Shown: positions 12,345 to 25,688 of the stretch, one piece after another | How the letters are laid out: each line of letters begins with the position of its first letter | Position numbering within the stretch: position 1 is the stretch's first letter | Assembly (NCBI GenBank): GCA_024679065.1 | Contig: JAGIQG010000001.1 | Span: 110,298,001-110,362,000 of the forward strand | Source: Sphyrna mokarran | Lineage: Eukaryota | Reading direction: 5' to 3' | Length of the DNA stretch: 64,000 nt | The notes under the pieces: generated by a model | Seen by the model: the letters and a program-made list of their open reading frames with translations, nothing else | Database searches by the model: none | What the model was told of the DNA's origin: nothing | Program-made: the position numbers and the translations under genes

Positions 12345-12639
12345 CTTCCCTATAGGGCAGAATGAGGCTATTCAGCCCATCAGGTCGGCACTGACTCTCA
12401 TAGGGTGCATGTTACCCAACTCTTATTCCCAGAATTCCACATATCGACCTCACTAATTCCCCTAACTTTCACATTTTTAGACTGTGAGAGGAAACTGAGT
12501 ACCTGGAGGAAACCCAAGCAGATACAGAGAGAATGTGCAGGCTCCACCAAGTCACCACACAGTCACCCAAGGCCGCAATCGAACTTGGATCCCTGGCACT
12601 GTGAGGCAGCAGCGTTAACCACTGTGTCACCATGCTGCC
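12345..12639 (-). mobile_element. HE1-like V-SINE
   Basis: ggatccctggcactgtgaggcagcagcgttaaccactgtgtcaccatgctgcc is the reverse tRNA-like head; V-domain present. Confidence 0.88.
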
Positions 12640-13149
12640 TGGTTCCTGGCTGGATCAAAGTAATTCTCATAACAATGGGTTCCTATTTCTTTAGAAATAT
12701 TAGGACAATATACCAGTAATATAATTTAAATAATCAGCTACAACTTGGTTGTGGGGTACTGCTTCAAAGCAGTGCTGCGAAAATTATGTTAGGCAGATAG
12801 TGCCACAGTCCATCACCTGAACAGCCCACATGGCTGTTAATGATATAAGTGAGGAATCCCATGTGGGCAGTGTAGGTAGCATCGGTGGCACTGTCTGCCG
12901 ACCCCCCCATTTCCCTGAGGATAGACCAGTTTGAACAATGTTATGCAAACATATCCGCAACCCAATTCATATAATTATTTGTCAAGTCTTTCCTAAGTTT
13001 CTCCCTTGCAATTAATGGCTACAGGAAGGAGTCACAGAGTAGGGAGTTAAAGTGTGCCGCATAACAGATAATTGTGTTTAAAACAGAAATCAAAGAAAGA
13101 AACAGGAATGAGGACTTTTGGAGTTGCCGTGTGGTCAGTTTGAAACAGT

Positions 13150-13196
13150 TGCTATTGGCCTATCTCATTTGCATAATTAGCATATCAAGCCAATGA
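13150..13196. promoter_or_regulatory. Candidate enhancer module: tandem octamer sites flanked by inverted CCAAT boxes
   Basis: ATTGGC (13154), ATTTGCAT (13167-13174), ATTAGCAT (13176-13183), GCCAAT (13189), in a TE-free island. Motif match only. Confidence 0.4.
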
Positions 13197-13413
13197 TGAG
13201 GAATAATGTAATCAGATTAAGAAAGCTTTGAATCTTTTAAATGATGTTACATGTTAGCTACATTCATTATAAATATGTATAAAATAATGAATGAGTTGAA
13301 GGGACAGACTTGTAGCATACTGATAAGGAAAATAGTGTGAGGGATTCTTCAGTTCCGCTAACTCCCGACGACAGTCAATATGACCCAAAGAATCCGGCAT
13401 CGATGGAAATAAG

Positions 13414-14290
13414 AGCCGGGATTTTCCCAAAAAAGTTCAATATGTTGAAATGGTGGGAAAACTGGAGTGAATCAAGCTGTTTTTTTCCACGGGAGTTCAC
13501 ACTAGAATCTCCCACTCTATACACTGCAGAGGCCACCAGCATGAATACCATTAGATTTCAGGGGGCGATGTTGAATTCAGTGTGTTGAGTGGGCCTCTGT
13601 GCATGTGCAGTGGCCTCGAACTGTCTGTCTGCAGTTTGGTGGACAGTGCGATTGCTGGGCAGCCCAGGATCCCTGCAGTGCTGCTGCCTCCCCACATCCC
13701 CCCCCGCTAATAACACCCCCATGGCACGATTGTGGCCCCCCGCCCCTGTCCATTTGCAGGCCAGTCTCGAACCCCTCCATCCTGGACCACTCAAAATCTA
13801 GTCCACTACCCCCAGCAGTGACCCTCCCCACCTCATACCGCCCGCCACCACCCATTCCCCCCTCCCCCACTTCGCCCCAGCTTGCCCCAAATGGATTTCT
13901 CCTGCCCCCTCTTGCCCCGATCGCTAGCCTTCCTCCTGCTCCGACTGGATCTCAATACAGAGTGGCAATGGGATCCCTCATTCACACCGATCACCCCCAG
14001 GCCCTATTCCCCACTTTCAAAATGCCCCACCTCCTTGGCGTTACCCCATGCTTGATGGGCAGTGCCAAGGTGCCCCTTGGGTAGGGGCACATTGCCTCTT
14101 GGGCAATGCCAGGAGCACAGGCTGACAGTTCCCCCCCCTTCATTCTAGTGGGGTCAGGTCTCTGGTTCTCGAAAATGGGAAGGTAGGTTGAACACCGCTG
14201 GAGTGAAATACTTCTGGCGGGATGGGAGAAGCTAGCGGGCCTGGAGAATTCAGTCCTGAGCACAATAATAACTTTTAAATATACTACTTA
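13414..14290. mobile_element. GC-rich non-autonomous Harbinger-type element
   Basis: Starts gccgggattttcccaaaaaagtt, resembling the other GGGC..ATTTT termini; C-rich interior with ggcagtgcc motifs as in family B. Confidence 0.5.
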
Positions 14291-16299
14291 AATTAGCACA
14301 GCAGGATGGGGGAATCATCCCAGGTTTTCTGTGCTGGTCATCAAACCCATTCTGAATCTCCCAAATTGCTGGCCCCAATTAGGTTCCTGGCCAGAGTAAG
14401 CGATAACCCAACAAATATTCAAATGGCCTCCTTAACATCTCATCAGCAGGCTTGGAGGCTGATTCAACAGCCTGAGATGTTCCTGCCCCTTCAGCCAGAA
14501 GTCACTGCCCAGAATTGGTACAGATTTTGAAAAGTGGTGACCTAGCAGACAGAGATTGAGGAGAACAAGGAGGTATTTCGCCATTTGGAAGTTATACTGG
14601 TGTGTCTGGGGGTCTTGCAAAGCCTTTGTGGGTAGCGGAATCTGTGCTGGTAGTTCAAGGTGACTTTGGGGTTCCCTCTGCCCTCCTGCCTAACCCTGGG
14701 CATGGGAATAATCTGGCTGATCATCCCTATGCTGCAAGGGGAGAGTTCAGAGAAGCCACTAAGATGGCACTCTTGGGTAACTGACCTGTCATTAAGTATC
14801 TTAGTGTCAGTTGCATGCCTCACTTGTGATATCTTTCGTAGTAATAATGTCGAACTGCAAGTTTTCATTTCTCTCAAAGGAATCCATTTGTACACTGGGT
14901 TTACCTCCATGTTTCAGTCAACCCCTCAGAGCTGTTGGCACACTTCCAAGAATGGCTCCGAGTCAGTGGGGTCATCAGGTGGATTTGGCATTTTACCCTT
15001 TTAAGAGTGACTGTGACTCACGTACAAACCCTCTCTTTCTTCTTATTTAAACAATTCACCCAAATACATTACAATTCAAATACATTACATACAAATACAT
15101 TGTAAATTACAATCCAAAAACATTCTAATTTCACAATGATGAATTATTAAAACAACTCTAAAAAGCAAATATCCCTTCCTAAATACAACAGCAAACAACC
15201 TCCCAGTGAAAATGAAGTCCACTGTAAGTTATCTGTGACCTTTGAAGTTTGTCTTCTGTGGTTTCATCGTCAGGGTGTTAGTATGCAGAGTGATTGTGTC
15301 CATAGCGTGAATGACAGTAACAGAGTGTTACTGTCCAGGGGGGTGTTGGCATCCAGGGTGTTGCCGTTCAGCAGGTTACCTTTTAGGGTTTTGCCGTCTG
15401 GGCCACACAAACCCTAGCTGGAACAAAAGTTCTCACACAAGCCCCATTTGGGACAAACCTTTTCAATGCCTCTCAGTTGCAGCTGCACTCGTGCTGCAGG
15501 AGGAGGTCAGCCAAGGAGAGTTATCTGAATGAACATATCAACCAGTGTCGATTTGTTCTGTGTTCTGCAAGTCAGTTCATGTGACGTAGAGGAGTTGCTT
15601 GCTGAGTCAATTTCACAGGGCCCATTAAGGATCTCACTCTGTCTCAGCCCCACAGCTGCATATGCTGACCACATTTACAGGCCAGTGGATAGAATTTCTA
15701 AACCCATAAGCAACATTCAGCCCCTCTCCATACTGAGATCTGAGGCACCTAATGGTAGCCTAGGAAGATGCCAGGGTCTCTCCATGAGACATCCTGCTCT
15801 ATGCTGCTGGGGTGAAATCCAGGGTGCTTGGAGGAGTTTGATGGCAGGATGCAGTGTCAGATTACCAAGCCTCATCTGATGGAGATCCTGCAAGACAAAG
15901 AACTTGTGGTCAGCTGATGGAGATGTCAAGGAAGTGGGAAATGACAGATTCACTTGAGATAGGTCAGCTGGATCACAGTGCGTTGGGGTGTTACTTGCTC
16001 TGAGGCTTCTGACTTTGCAGTCAGCGGCAGTTCACTCTTGGCTCTCGCCCCCTATTTCCAGGGCCCTTGGCTCAGAGAGGATTCATATTTCAGGCATACT
16101 ACCATGCATCTTTGCCTGCACCCTCTTGTTAATGGGTGCAAGGCTGATTATAATTATTGAAATTCTAATCTTAATATTTTTAGTGATCCCTGGACACAGT
16201 TGTCCGGACTTGCTTGCCTTTCCTTTTCCCCATCAATGGGGACTAGATGTGATGTCCTAACTGCTGGGATCAGAGGCATTGAGGCCTCTGAGGTGGTAA

Positions 16300-16985
16300 G
16301 GGGCAGGGGGTAGTAATCTTTGGGCAGTTCCAACCTGACACTACCAGCTTGGGATTCTGGCAATGGCAGACTGGCACCCTGGTACTGCCCACCTAGCACC
16401 AGGCAGTGCCATAGGGTGGGGCCTAAGGTGAAGGGTGGGGTTCAAGGGGAAGAAGCAGGGCCTGAAGAAAAGCAACATGTGGGGAACTGTGCAATGTGCG
16501 GTGGTGGGGGTGGGGTGAACAGGGTGGAGATCAGCTGGGCCGAGAGCGGGGAAAAATGGGGTGGTGACCAGCCAGGGGAGATCGGCTCGGGGGGGGTGCT
16601 GTGTGTGGGGGGTGAGTGGGGGCGGGGAGGGCAATTGATCAGGGGGAGCCACGTTCGGGAGGAGGGAATTGGGAGAGTAGGGAAGGTGATGTCTGGGGGA
16701 GTTGGGGGAGTGATAGCCTCTAAGTGCACTGACTGTAAACACTTGAACACAGTTAGTGCATTGGGAGATCAGATGTATGTACAATGACGCCCTTTAGCTG
16801 TCTGCAGCTGGCTTCCTGGCATTAATCAATTCCGTCCACTCCTCCTATTTGAGAAAATTATACTTTGCCTCATTTTTTGCTCTATATGTGATCAGATTTG
16901 GATCTTTCTCTTACCAAAAAACATCTGAATCTCTCCCATTTTCACACTCGTTTGGCATTTAGGATTTTTTTTATTAAGATTACCC
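16300..16985. mobile_element. Non-autonomous Harbinger-type element (family B)
   Basis: End ctctcccattttcacactcgtttggcatttaggatttttt..taagattaccc is the reverse complement of the 62394 terminus; G-rich interior. Confidence 0.6.
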
Positions 16986-17299
16986 TCTAAGTCTATGATA
17001 AAAAGGTTGAATGGGTTAAATGTTAAATTTCTTGGGAACTGTACAATTTAACTGTTATCATTGTATAAAAGGACTTAAAAGGGATGTCTGTCCCCTTGAA
17101 ATGACGAATGGCTGATAGGATCATGAGAATATCAATCGGGAACCAGTGCGGAGGAGGTTCACCTCAGCAAACATGGATTTTTACCTCAGATCAATATGAA
17201 CAATCACTAGCAGTCATGAAGTTGCAAGACCCTGTAAGGTAAATAAATGTTAAGTTGTTTCATACCTAACTGGGAAGCTGAAGTTTTACAGGTTGTTAA

Positions 17300-17497
17300 C
17301 ACAAAGCAGTGAGTCAGGGTAAATATCTCATTTTCAGGATGGCAAACTCTAACAAGTGGAGTGCCTCAGAGATCAGTGTTAGGGTCTCAAATATTTACAA
17401 TTTATATTAACGATTTGGATGAAGGTACAGAATCTATGGTGGCTAAATTTACTGATGACATAAAAATTGAATGGAAGACAGTTTGTGAAGAGGATAC
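17300..17497 (+). mobile_element. CR1 LINE RT fragment
   Basis: GWQTLTSGVPQRSVLGSQIFTIYINDLDEGTESMVAKFTDDIKI (GVPQGSVLGP and FADD motifs). Confidence 0.9.
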
Positions 17498-18216
17498 AAC
17501 AGATTGGATTTTCACAATGTTGAAGAGCCTTTCTATCATTACAAAAATTGTGGAGGAGGCTGAAATATAGAAGTCCTGCCTCCCTGAACGGAACAACCAT
17601 CATTTCCATGGTAGCAAAATGGAGTTGGGTTGGGATTTGCACATGTCCATGTAAAACAGATATTGCCTCCAGTCATGTCTAATTGCCATTAGCCTGTATT
17701 GGAAAATGCAATTTATGATGATTAGACCCAGTAGGAGAAGGTCCAAATTTTGCCTTTTACAGAGGTAGGGTAGCTCTTTCAATATGGCCCCAGGACACTT
17801 TTTGGGGTGGGTCAGGGCCAATGCTGATCAGACAAGTAATGAGAGCCACTTAGGACAAGCACTGTTGGTGAACCCAACTGGACCATTGACGCTTGCCTTA
17901 TTTTAAAATGTCCGCCCAGCACTTAGACAAGAAATGCCCGTAGACTTTCCTACATTTGGCTATTTTATTGTATAATTCATAAGATACATTATTGTCTTTA
18001 AGTGAGTACTGAGATGCAGAATAATGATGATTCCAAAATTCAGGAATACTAGTTTAAAGAAAAAAAATTGAGGAAGATAGCCCATTGTTTGCTTATCTTT
18101 GAAATAATACTTTTTTTAGAAGAAAATATCAAAATTGATTTGGACTGATTATTCAGTACAATAAAAAAATCTCAAAAAGCAGGAAACATAAATGGAAAAC
18201 AAAACTGTTTTTAAAA

Positions 18217-18337
18217 AATGTTTACTTATTGGTGTCACAAGTAGGCTTACATTAAGATTGCATGAAGTTACTGTGCAAATCCCCTAGTCCCACACTCCAG
18301 TGCATGTCAGGGTACACTGGGAGAATTTAGCATGGCC
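18217..18337 (-). mobile_element. V-SINE 3' part with the Rex1-like tail
   Basis: gtttacttattggtgtcacaagtaggcttacattaa..gaagttactgtg..gagaatttagcatggcc; same tail as 1933 and 48269. Confidence 0.85.
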
Positions 18338-18339
18338 TA

Positions 18340-18576
18340 GTGTCTGTATGGGTTTCCTCCAGATGCTCAGGTTTCCTCCCACAGTCCAAAGATGTGCGGG
18401 TTAGGTTGACTGGCCATGCTAAAAAATGCCCCTTAGAGTCATGAGATGCATACGTTAGAGGGATTAGTGGGTAAATATGTAGGGGTGTGGGGATAGGGCC
18501 TGAGTGGGTTTATGGTCAGTGCAGACTCGACGGGCCAAATGGCCTCGTTCTGCACTGTAAGGTTTCTATGATTCTA
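18340..18576 (+). mobile_element. HE1-like V-SINE lacking its tRNA head
   Basis: gggtttcctcc..ggtttcctcccacagtccaaagatgtgcgggttagg..ctgcactgtaaggtttctatgattcta. Confidence 0.88.
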
Positions 18577-19532
18577 AAAAAAGGTGTGGACATGTGAAAT
18601 TTTTCATAAGGTATTTGCAATTTCTCTGACTGGCGTTTTAGCACACTGACTAATGTATTCATTTAAAAGTCCTTTGTTAGAATTATGCAGGTGGGAATTT
18701 TACACAAATAAATTGAGTGTGCTTTATAACAGCACTCAGCAGAATTTCAATATCCTGACGGGAAACGTAATTGTGGAATAGTTAGGAAAAGTACCACTAA
18801 AACAAATTGCATTAATGAATTCAAGGGACAGTGTACTCCTGGAGAGATTGAGGAAAATTGTGAGAAGTTAGATGTTTCAATCAGAAAGGTAAATCCTGTT
18901 GTTGTCAAAATGCTTGTTTAGATTTCTTGGCTATTGGATTTAAATATCAGTTATGTGTACACTTTATTGGAATAGTGTTACCAAATGATACATTATGTGT
19001 CCTTTCCCAAATCTTTTTAAATTAGAAAACCTCTGGTTAAGATACATAAGCAGTGGGACATAAAATTAAATGCTGCAAGATCCTCTCATTAGATGCAAGA
19101 ATTATTTCTCACCTTTGTTGCTGAATGCATCACATATTAGTCACAGCACTGACCTAGATTGTGTTGCAGCACTTTTTCTTCTGTTGAAGTCAGATTATCC
19201 CAGGAGATTTACACAGCATTAAGGTTGAAGACTTGCAAACTAAATACAGGAACTGAGTGTCAGAGAATAAATTTCCCATCCATCATTGGAAGATTGACAC
19301 ACATGATGGAACGCTGTGTCAGCACTGTTGTGGAAGGCCTATGTAACACATCACGGAGAGCAGTGATTCTCCACGATCTATAAGTACAAGCATTAAGCCA
19401 TGAATCACTGTCATTTTACAGTAAGACTACTGTCAAAAGCTAATGTGATTATTTTGAATTTGCCACTGTAAGACTTTATTACGCACAGGAAATAACCTTC
19501 TCACGACATTACAAAATTTCAAAATGGACAAA

Positions 19533-19990
19533 GGAATAGGGTTAATTTTATAGCAGCAAGAGTGGGCCATTCAGCCCCTTGAGGCTATTCTGCCATTCAA
19601 TTAGATCGTGACTGCTTTATACATCAATTTACTTTAGTTTCACATCTCTTGGTTTCTTTAGCTAAACAGAGTTCTGACAATCTCAGTCATGGAAATTATA
19701 GTTGATATACAATAACAATTTGGAGGAGTTTCAGATTCCAATAAGTGCTTGGCGATTTCACTTCCAGGCTAATCCTTACATTTTGCCCCCTTGTTCTCAA
19801 CTCCCAATAAGGAAAGTATTTCTCTGTGTCTCCACTATCCAGCCCTTTTACATGTGAAAGGTCTTGATTAGATTATCCTCTAAGGTGCTAAGTTCAAGAA
19901 AACATAAGTCAAGTTCATGCAATGCTGAGGAAGGGAAAAGCAAGAAACCTGACAACCTCTCAGTAGACTGGAGTATATCCTTGTTTGGAT
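19533..19990 (-). mobile_element. CR1 LINE 3' end, old
   Basis: ggccattcagccccttgag..gccattcaattagatc is the reverse CR1 3' UTR, followed by decayed ORF2 C-terminus. Confidence 0.65.
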
Positions 19991-20345
19991 ACTGTTTAGC
20001 CCAGCAACCTCATTGTCCCACCCCTCCTCCTCCTTTGTCATTAGGTTCTGCCTATGGCTCTGGTGCACCCAGTGCGCCGAGACACCATTTACCTGCTTGG
20101 GTGGGCAATGTTCTTCTATGGCATCAGCAGGTACAGTCCCAACAGTAGCCACCACTTCCTGTGGCAGTGCTGAGACTGCAGAGCTGTCAATGACAAGAAA
20201 AAGTTGCCTGATCCTAGCAAAATGCGGCCGAATGACCCATTGATGAGGATCAGACCTATTGTTGGCATTATGCCACAACAATAAAATTCTAGCCTCATTA
20301 TGCCACTATACCACATGTGTCATTGTTTATATTGTTTGTGGGAAG

Positions 20346-21930
20346 GTAGAAGCAGGAATAGCTCCTCGTGTCTATTCCGCTGACTTACCTCCACATTGAC
20401 TTTTCCCTAGATCCCTTAACACCTCTGCATAACAAACATCTGTCAATTTCAGCTTTAAAATTAACAAATGATCAATTTGCAAAAGAGAGTTCCAAACCTC
20501 GACCACACTTTGCAAGAAGACATGTTTTCTAAGTTCACTCCTGGCTCTAACTTTTTGACTATGCTCCTTGGTCCTTCACTCCTCAGCTGGCAAATTCTCC
20601 CAACCTACCCCATCTGTTCCCCTTAATAGTTTGAAAACTTAATCGATTTTTTTAGAAAGTTAACTTTCTAAATTCGATGGGATACAAGTCTGGTATGTTT
20701 TGATCTCTCCTCATGTCTTAAACCTTCAATTCCAGGTATTATTCTGGTCAATCTATGCTGCACTCCCTCCAGGATCTTCCTCAGGTTTGCTGCCCAGAAC
20801 TGCTCACAGTGTTCCAGTTGTGGTCCAACCAGAGCTTTATATAGCTGAAATATGACTTCTATCATAGTCCCCAAGATATAAAGACCATTTGTCTTTTTGA
20901 TTTTTTACTACCTATTCATGACATTTTCGTGATCTGTGTATCTGGAACCTGTCTATGGAGCTTCTCATCATTTGGGAAGTATCCTCTTCTATTTCTTTAT
21001 TAAGTTCACGTGAGTGACCCCACAATTGCTGGTGTTGAAATCCATCTGCCACAGTTTTGCCCATTCACTTCACCTGTCTGTATCATTTTGTAATTTCATT
21101 CTTGCATTTACATAACATACAGTACCTCCCATCCCTATGTAATCATCAAATTTGGATATTTGGCTTTCTATCCCATCATCTGTGCAGTAAACAAAAACCT
21201 GAATTGTTGAGACTCTAACATTCTTGTTGGACATCACTACTTTTGTTGTGACACTTAGGTGGAATTTTGCCACCTTACCCTAGAATCAAGGAGGATGAGC
21301 AGCATTCTCTGTTGGCCTCGGACAGGGTCTTATGAGCCTCGGGCAGACGAGGCAGTAAAATTCCGGCATTAGAATATCAGTTCATGACCTTCCAGTCAGT
21401 CAATTTTCTAACCAGGGAAGTAGTTTGCCTGTAATTTCATGAGCTTCAATTTTAACTTAGTATCTTATAAGGGATTTTAGCAAATGGCTTCTAGAAGTCC
21501 ACATAAATAACAGCCTTAGATACACTGTTGTCCACTGCTTCAGTCACATCTTCAAAAAATTGTATTATATTTGTAAGGCATGATCCATCCTTTACAAGTT
21601 CAAGCTGCCTCTCCCTGATTAGCTGAAAATATTCAATGCGTTCAATCAATCTAGCCTTAATTATAAACTCTAGCAATTTCCCAACAACAGATGTTAGGCT
21701 AATTAGTCTAGAAATCCCTGGTTTCTTTCTTTCACCTTTCTCAACTAGCTTAATTACCTATTCTTGTATTTCTTCTAGGTGAAAACTGAGGGAGAGAATC
21801 CCAGGAGGGACTAATTTCTTCAGCTTTATATAAAGCACATGGGACTGAGATGGTTCTCATCTCATGTTGGTTGGTAGTTTGATACTGTCTTCCATTTAAA
21901 CTTGCTCTCCCTATCTTTCCTTGCCATCCA
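20346..21930 (-). mobile_element. CR1 LINE ORF2 (RT and C-terminus), decayed, interrupted by a MITE
   Basis: SCLTNIIQFFEDVTEAVDN..VIYVDF; DDGIESQISKFDD; LYKALVGPQLEHCEQFWA..LEGVQHRLTRIIPG. Confidence 0.92.
21257..21368. mobile_element. ~110-bp MITE (family A) inserted in CR1
   Basis: Termini ggtggaatttt / aaaattccggc; internal gttggcctcgg..ctcgggc matches the copies at 29716, 47194 and 58805. Confidence 0.7.
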
Positions 21931-22374
21931 TATCTGGTGTTCATTCATTAATTTCCAGGTGCCAAAGGATTCAGAAGTAAATATAGTTTCTGAAAATGGT
22001 GTATCTGACTAATCGTCCTGTTAACTATGTTACCCCAGCCTGACAGACACCTGAATTCTCGTTCCTTATGTTAAAAAGACACTCCTGTTGCCTCTATTGT
22101 TTAAAAAGAGTCATTCAAATTTTCCATTGCTTACATTCATCTGTCATTTTAACAAATCTTATTTTCCTTCCTTGATCTTTTTGAGTTTTCTGTCCATTAC
22201 TTCAATGTAGAAAATGCCAATTGCTATTGAAAGTTTTTTTTCATTTCTAAAAAAAAAAATAAATTTTGTGGGGAGTAATTTGTTCAAAGTGACAAGTGTT
22301 ACAGGAAGGGTTGTTTTCATGCCACAATCATCCCTCCCCCCAGACCCCACTGGTGACTGAGTCTTGACCTTATT

Positions 22375-22570
22375 GTCTGGAACTCCATCGACAACCCTTC
22401 CGTCACTCCTTTTCTCTCTCCACATTTAAAACCTGATTGAAACTTATCTTTCTGAGCAAGCCTTCAGTCACCCCACTCATCTCTCCCTCTCAATTGCTTA
22501 CTCTTTTATCTATTCCTATTCTGCCTTCTCATCCTTTTGGATGTTTTGGGATGTTTCCCCAGATTTAAAG
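22375..22570 (+). mobile_element. L2 LINE 3' fragment
   Basis: tctggaactcc..tttaaaacc..aaacttatctttctgagcaagccttcagtcac (LWNSLP..FK..LKTYLFxQAF-like). Confidence 0.6.
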
Positions 22571-24012
22571 AACAAGTATTATTGGCAGTTGATCTTAGGT
22601 AAAGTAAAACAGGAAACTGAAAGAGAAACCTGGGTAAGACAAATATAAGGGAACTACTGCTTGGCCATATTCCCAATGACCCGGGGCTTCAATGGCCTCC
22701 GATTCCCATGGCATGGCCATGGCGCCTGGTCACCGTTGATGGGAGCCATGAGAGATTCTTGTTCACAAGATTTTCCACTGACAAGGAGGGAAAGCATTTG
22801 TGAGACTGGAAATGACCGGTTACATTAATGTCATGTAGATGTTAATATTTAAATCAGCTTAGCACCCAGTTAATCTCATTACCAAACCTGGATCATTTAT
22901 TCTAATCTGTACTGTCTTTCTAACTATGGAATGGTGACTCATCACCCAATTAATGTTTGATTTGACAAATAATCTATTGATCTCCCAAAGGGTTCCTAAT
23001 TCTGTAGTTTACTTGGTATGTTATATAGCCTTCAGGTCATTCTATCCCATTTGAATATATATGTGAGAAAAACAGAGAGGATATTTTCAATATGATTTTT
23101 AGCATCAATACTGTCATCTTAATAGAGTCTGCATTTTACACATTTCATGCACCACAAGATGATTGCAAAGCTTTTTTGACTGTCTCCTGAGATATTAAGG
23201 AATAATTGTTTCTGTTTGTAATTACTTATGACAATAATGAGGGTGTAAAAAAAGCCATTGTGATTAATCTTAGCCAGAGGGCACTCAAATTTCCAAATTA
23301 GAAACTGCACTCATTCAAAAGCCCTATCAAGATTAGAAAAACGTCACATTTATGAAAATAAAATCTTATATATTTCTTAACAAGCACCCTTCTTTAGTCA
23401 CTTTTAGAACATCAGTAAATCTTGTCAATCTTTTCTCAGGTCCAATGTGATCTTTTTTTTATGTGAGAAAACAATTCTTCCAAATCAGATTGCTTTTGAC
23501 ACCCTTCTACTTCCAGCAACAGTATATTGGAAATATTTAATCCTTTATTTTCCTGTTTTAATCCTCTATCTTATCTGAGAATTGAGGCTTTGTTTAGGAC
23601 AAAGTGGTGTACTAGAAACCCCTCAATGAAAATTTTATTTGCTGTAAGCTATTTATGGCACTGTGATCAAGTTGCCCATTGAGGAAACAAACTACAATTT
23701 TATTCCCAATTCCTGCTGGATTTCAAAGTTAATGTGTAAGAAACTGCAAAATTTGCTGTCATTTTCATGATGTTAGACTATAACGTCACCACTGACTGGA
23801 AGAAAAAGTGATAGTTTTGTTTCAGACTGCAGAAGTGACTTTGCATCAATGCAAGAGTTTTGTTATGTCTACATACAAGCACTTTCTACTATGGCACTTC
23901 TTTTACATTTTCTTTACCAACCGTTTAATATTGCCCCACATACCCTAAAGTTCTGTTGCTTTTGCATATCATTCAAGTATCTTTCTTAAAACAGGAGGTG
24001 GAAAATGTGAGC

Positions 24013-24177
24013 AGTCAAATTTTAGCCAGGGTTCTCCTGATCATCTGTCATAACTTTGGAGGAAGTTCCACAGACACTCCAGAGAAATGGAATAAATGAT
24101 ATCTATTCTGTTCCTTCAAACTTTCTGTCAAAATTACAGTAGATAATTGTGAGAACTGTCACAGAAATTCTAAGTCA
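24013..24177. mobile_element. Small fold-back MITE-like element
   Basis: Imperfect ~40-bp inverted arms: gttctcctgatcatctgtcataactttggaggaagtt versus aactttctgtcaaaattacagtagataattgtgagaac. Confidence 0.5.
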
Positions 24178-24718
24178 GTATTTAGACCATTAGAAAGGAT
24201 TAAACATCTTAAAACCAATCATATTCTCATCCAAATGATCAGAAGGACAGAACTTCCACTGCCAAGACAGAGATGTGTTCTAGTATAGGCTGGGAGGTTA
24301 AATGGCAGAAGAATGGGTAGTGGGGTGGAGAGCTGCCATGATTCCTCTCAGTTCTGTGTTTTACCAGAGCACATTTGTGATGCGCCACTGATTTAAATAT
24401 GCAAACAAAAATGTAATTGTAGCTATAAGCTGTGCAGGCCTCATAGGTCCAACAAGGCAGGAGTGCAGAGGGAGATGTTAATTGATTAAACTGATAAGCT
24501 GGAAAGCCTTTAAGCAATGAAACTGCTTAGCTGTTGCTCTGCTTATAGAAAAGGCTTGTGTTCACAGGACTTGCCCTGTTTTATGGGTGTTTTCTAAATT
24601 TGTGAATGTCATTTCACTTACCTTGGACTTTTCTTACCTTAATCTAGCCTTCTCTGCTGTCAGCTTTCACTACAGCATGGGGCAACATTTCCCACTATAT
24701 ACTGAACCTCTGTGAGGA

Positions 24719-25297
24719 TCAAGAGGAGAAGCGGCAGGAGCCACACCAATAGCAATGGTGACTGTCTTCTCTGCAGTCAGATGTCACTTCATCAGTGCAG
24801 GAAATGGATACACATCTCCCATTTAAAGGAAGTGATATTCCCAGCACAGGTATAGAGGCAAAGAATCGACTTCCTTGGAGAAAAATTGCCTGAGATGGCC
24901 TGTGTAAGCTGGTGGCTAGAATGTGGAGCATGCACTCAATTGCCTGTTGCATTTGGCTCCCTATGCAAATGGCCATGTTTTCTCTGGAGGTGGACATCAA
25001 TGCAAATCCATGAGATATCATGGGAATCATGCCTACTATGGGCCTGTCCATTCTCTCTCCTAAAGAGTACAGTGTCTCTGGCAGTAGCACATTTCTCATT
25101 GCTGCTCCACAAATTCCCTGTTTGTGGATGACCTCATCTGTATCCAGCTGAACAAAACTTGAAGTGCTCTTCATTGTACCTGTCTCCAGCAATTGCTCCT
25201 GCTTGTACATGATTTGTGTCTTGCCTTGTGACAACCTAGTCATCTCTACTCCGGTATCCACTGAAATGTATGTATCTGCACTGTGGAAAGTGTGCAT
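24719..25297 (-). pseudogene. 192-aa ORF, probably a Harbinger partner-ORF remnant
   Basis: Longest ORF in the window but with no recognisable domain; composition resembles the other putative partner fragments. Confidence 0.3.
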
Positions 25298-25688
25298 GAA
25301 TCATGTGACAGTGCATCCTCAGAGTGCTTGTCCTGGATTCCACAGCCTCCTTCCGCCTCTGCTCCTTCATTACCCCTGGAGGACTTGTAGGAAATGAAAG
25401 ACAGAAGTGATTGCTGACATAGATAAAGGGTTTCAGTTCTACAATGTGTATATCATAGCATTTCAAATCATGGCGACATCAATTCAGAATGAGTAGGTGT
25501 CAAGGGAATGTGTGGAGAGGAGAGAATGACAGCATTTGGGGAGGTGGACGGCAAAGGTTGGCTGTGTGATGTCAATGAAATGACTGTTAATGTTGGCTGT
25601 CCATATGGGATGTGAGATGGGGCTTGAAAGAGCTAGAATGAGCAGAGCCAAAAAGTGTGTTGTTCTGAGGAGTGTTGTGCAGGAGAGT

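Noticed and set aside
13577-14084. Pro-rich 161-aa ORF (also the Gly/Pro-rich ORFs at 16320-16787 and 32800-33268)
   Set aside because: Produced by C- or G-skewed interiors of non-autonomous transposons; no domain or splice structure.
14540-14910. Minus-strand LTLRYLMTG motif suggesting another Harbinger-type transposase
   Set aside because: Only one short motif; the flanking translation is too degraded to support a feature call.
17108-17238. Short ORF ending at a GT donor (MADRIMRISIGNQCGGGSPQ..)
   Set aside because: No acceptor or partner exon; weakly resembles a Harbinger partner-gene exon and cannot be assigned.
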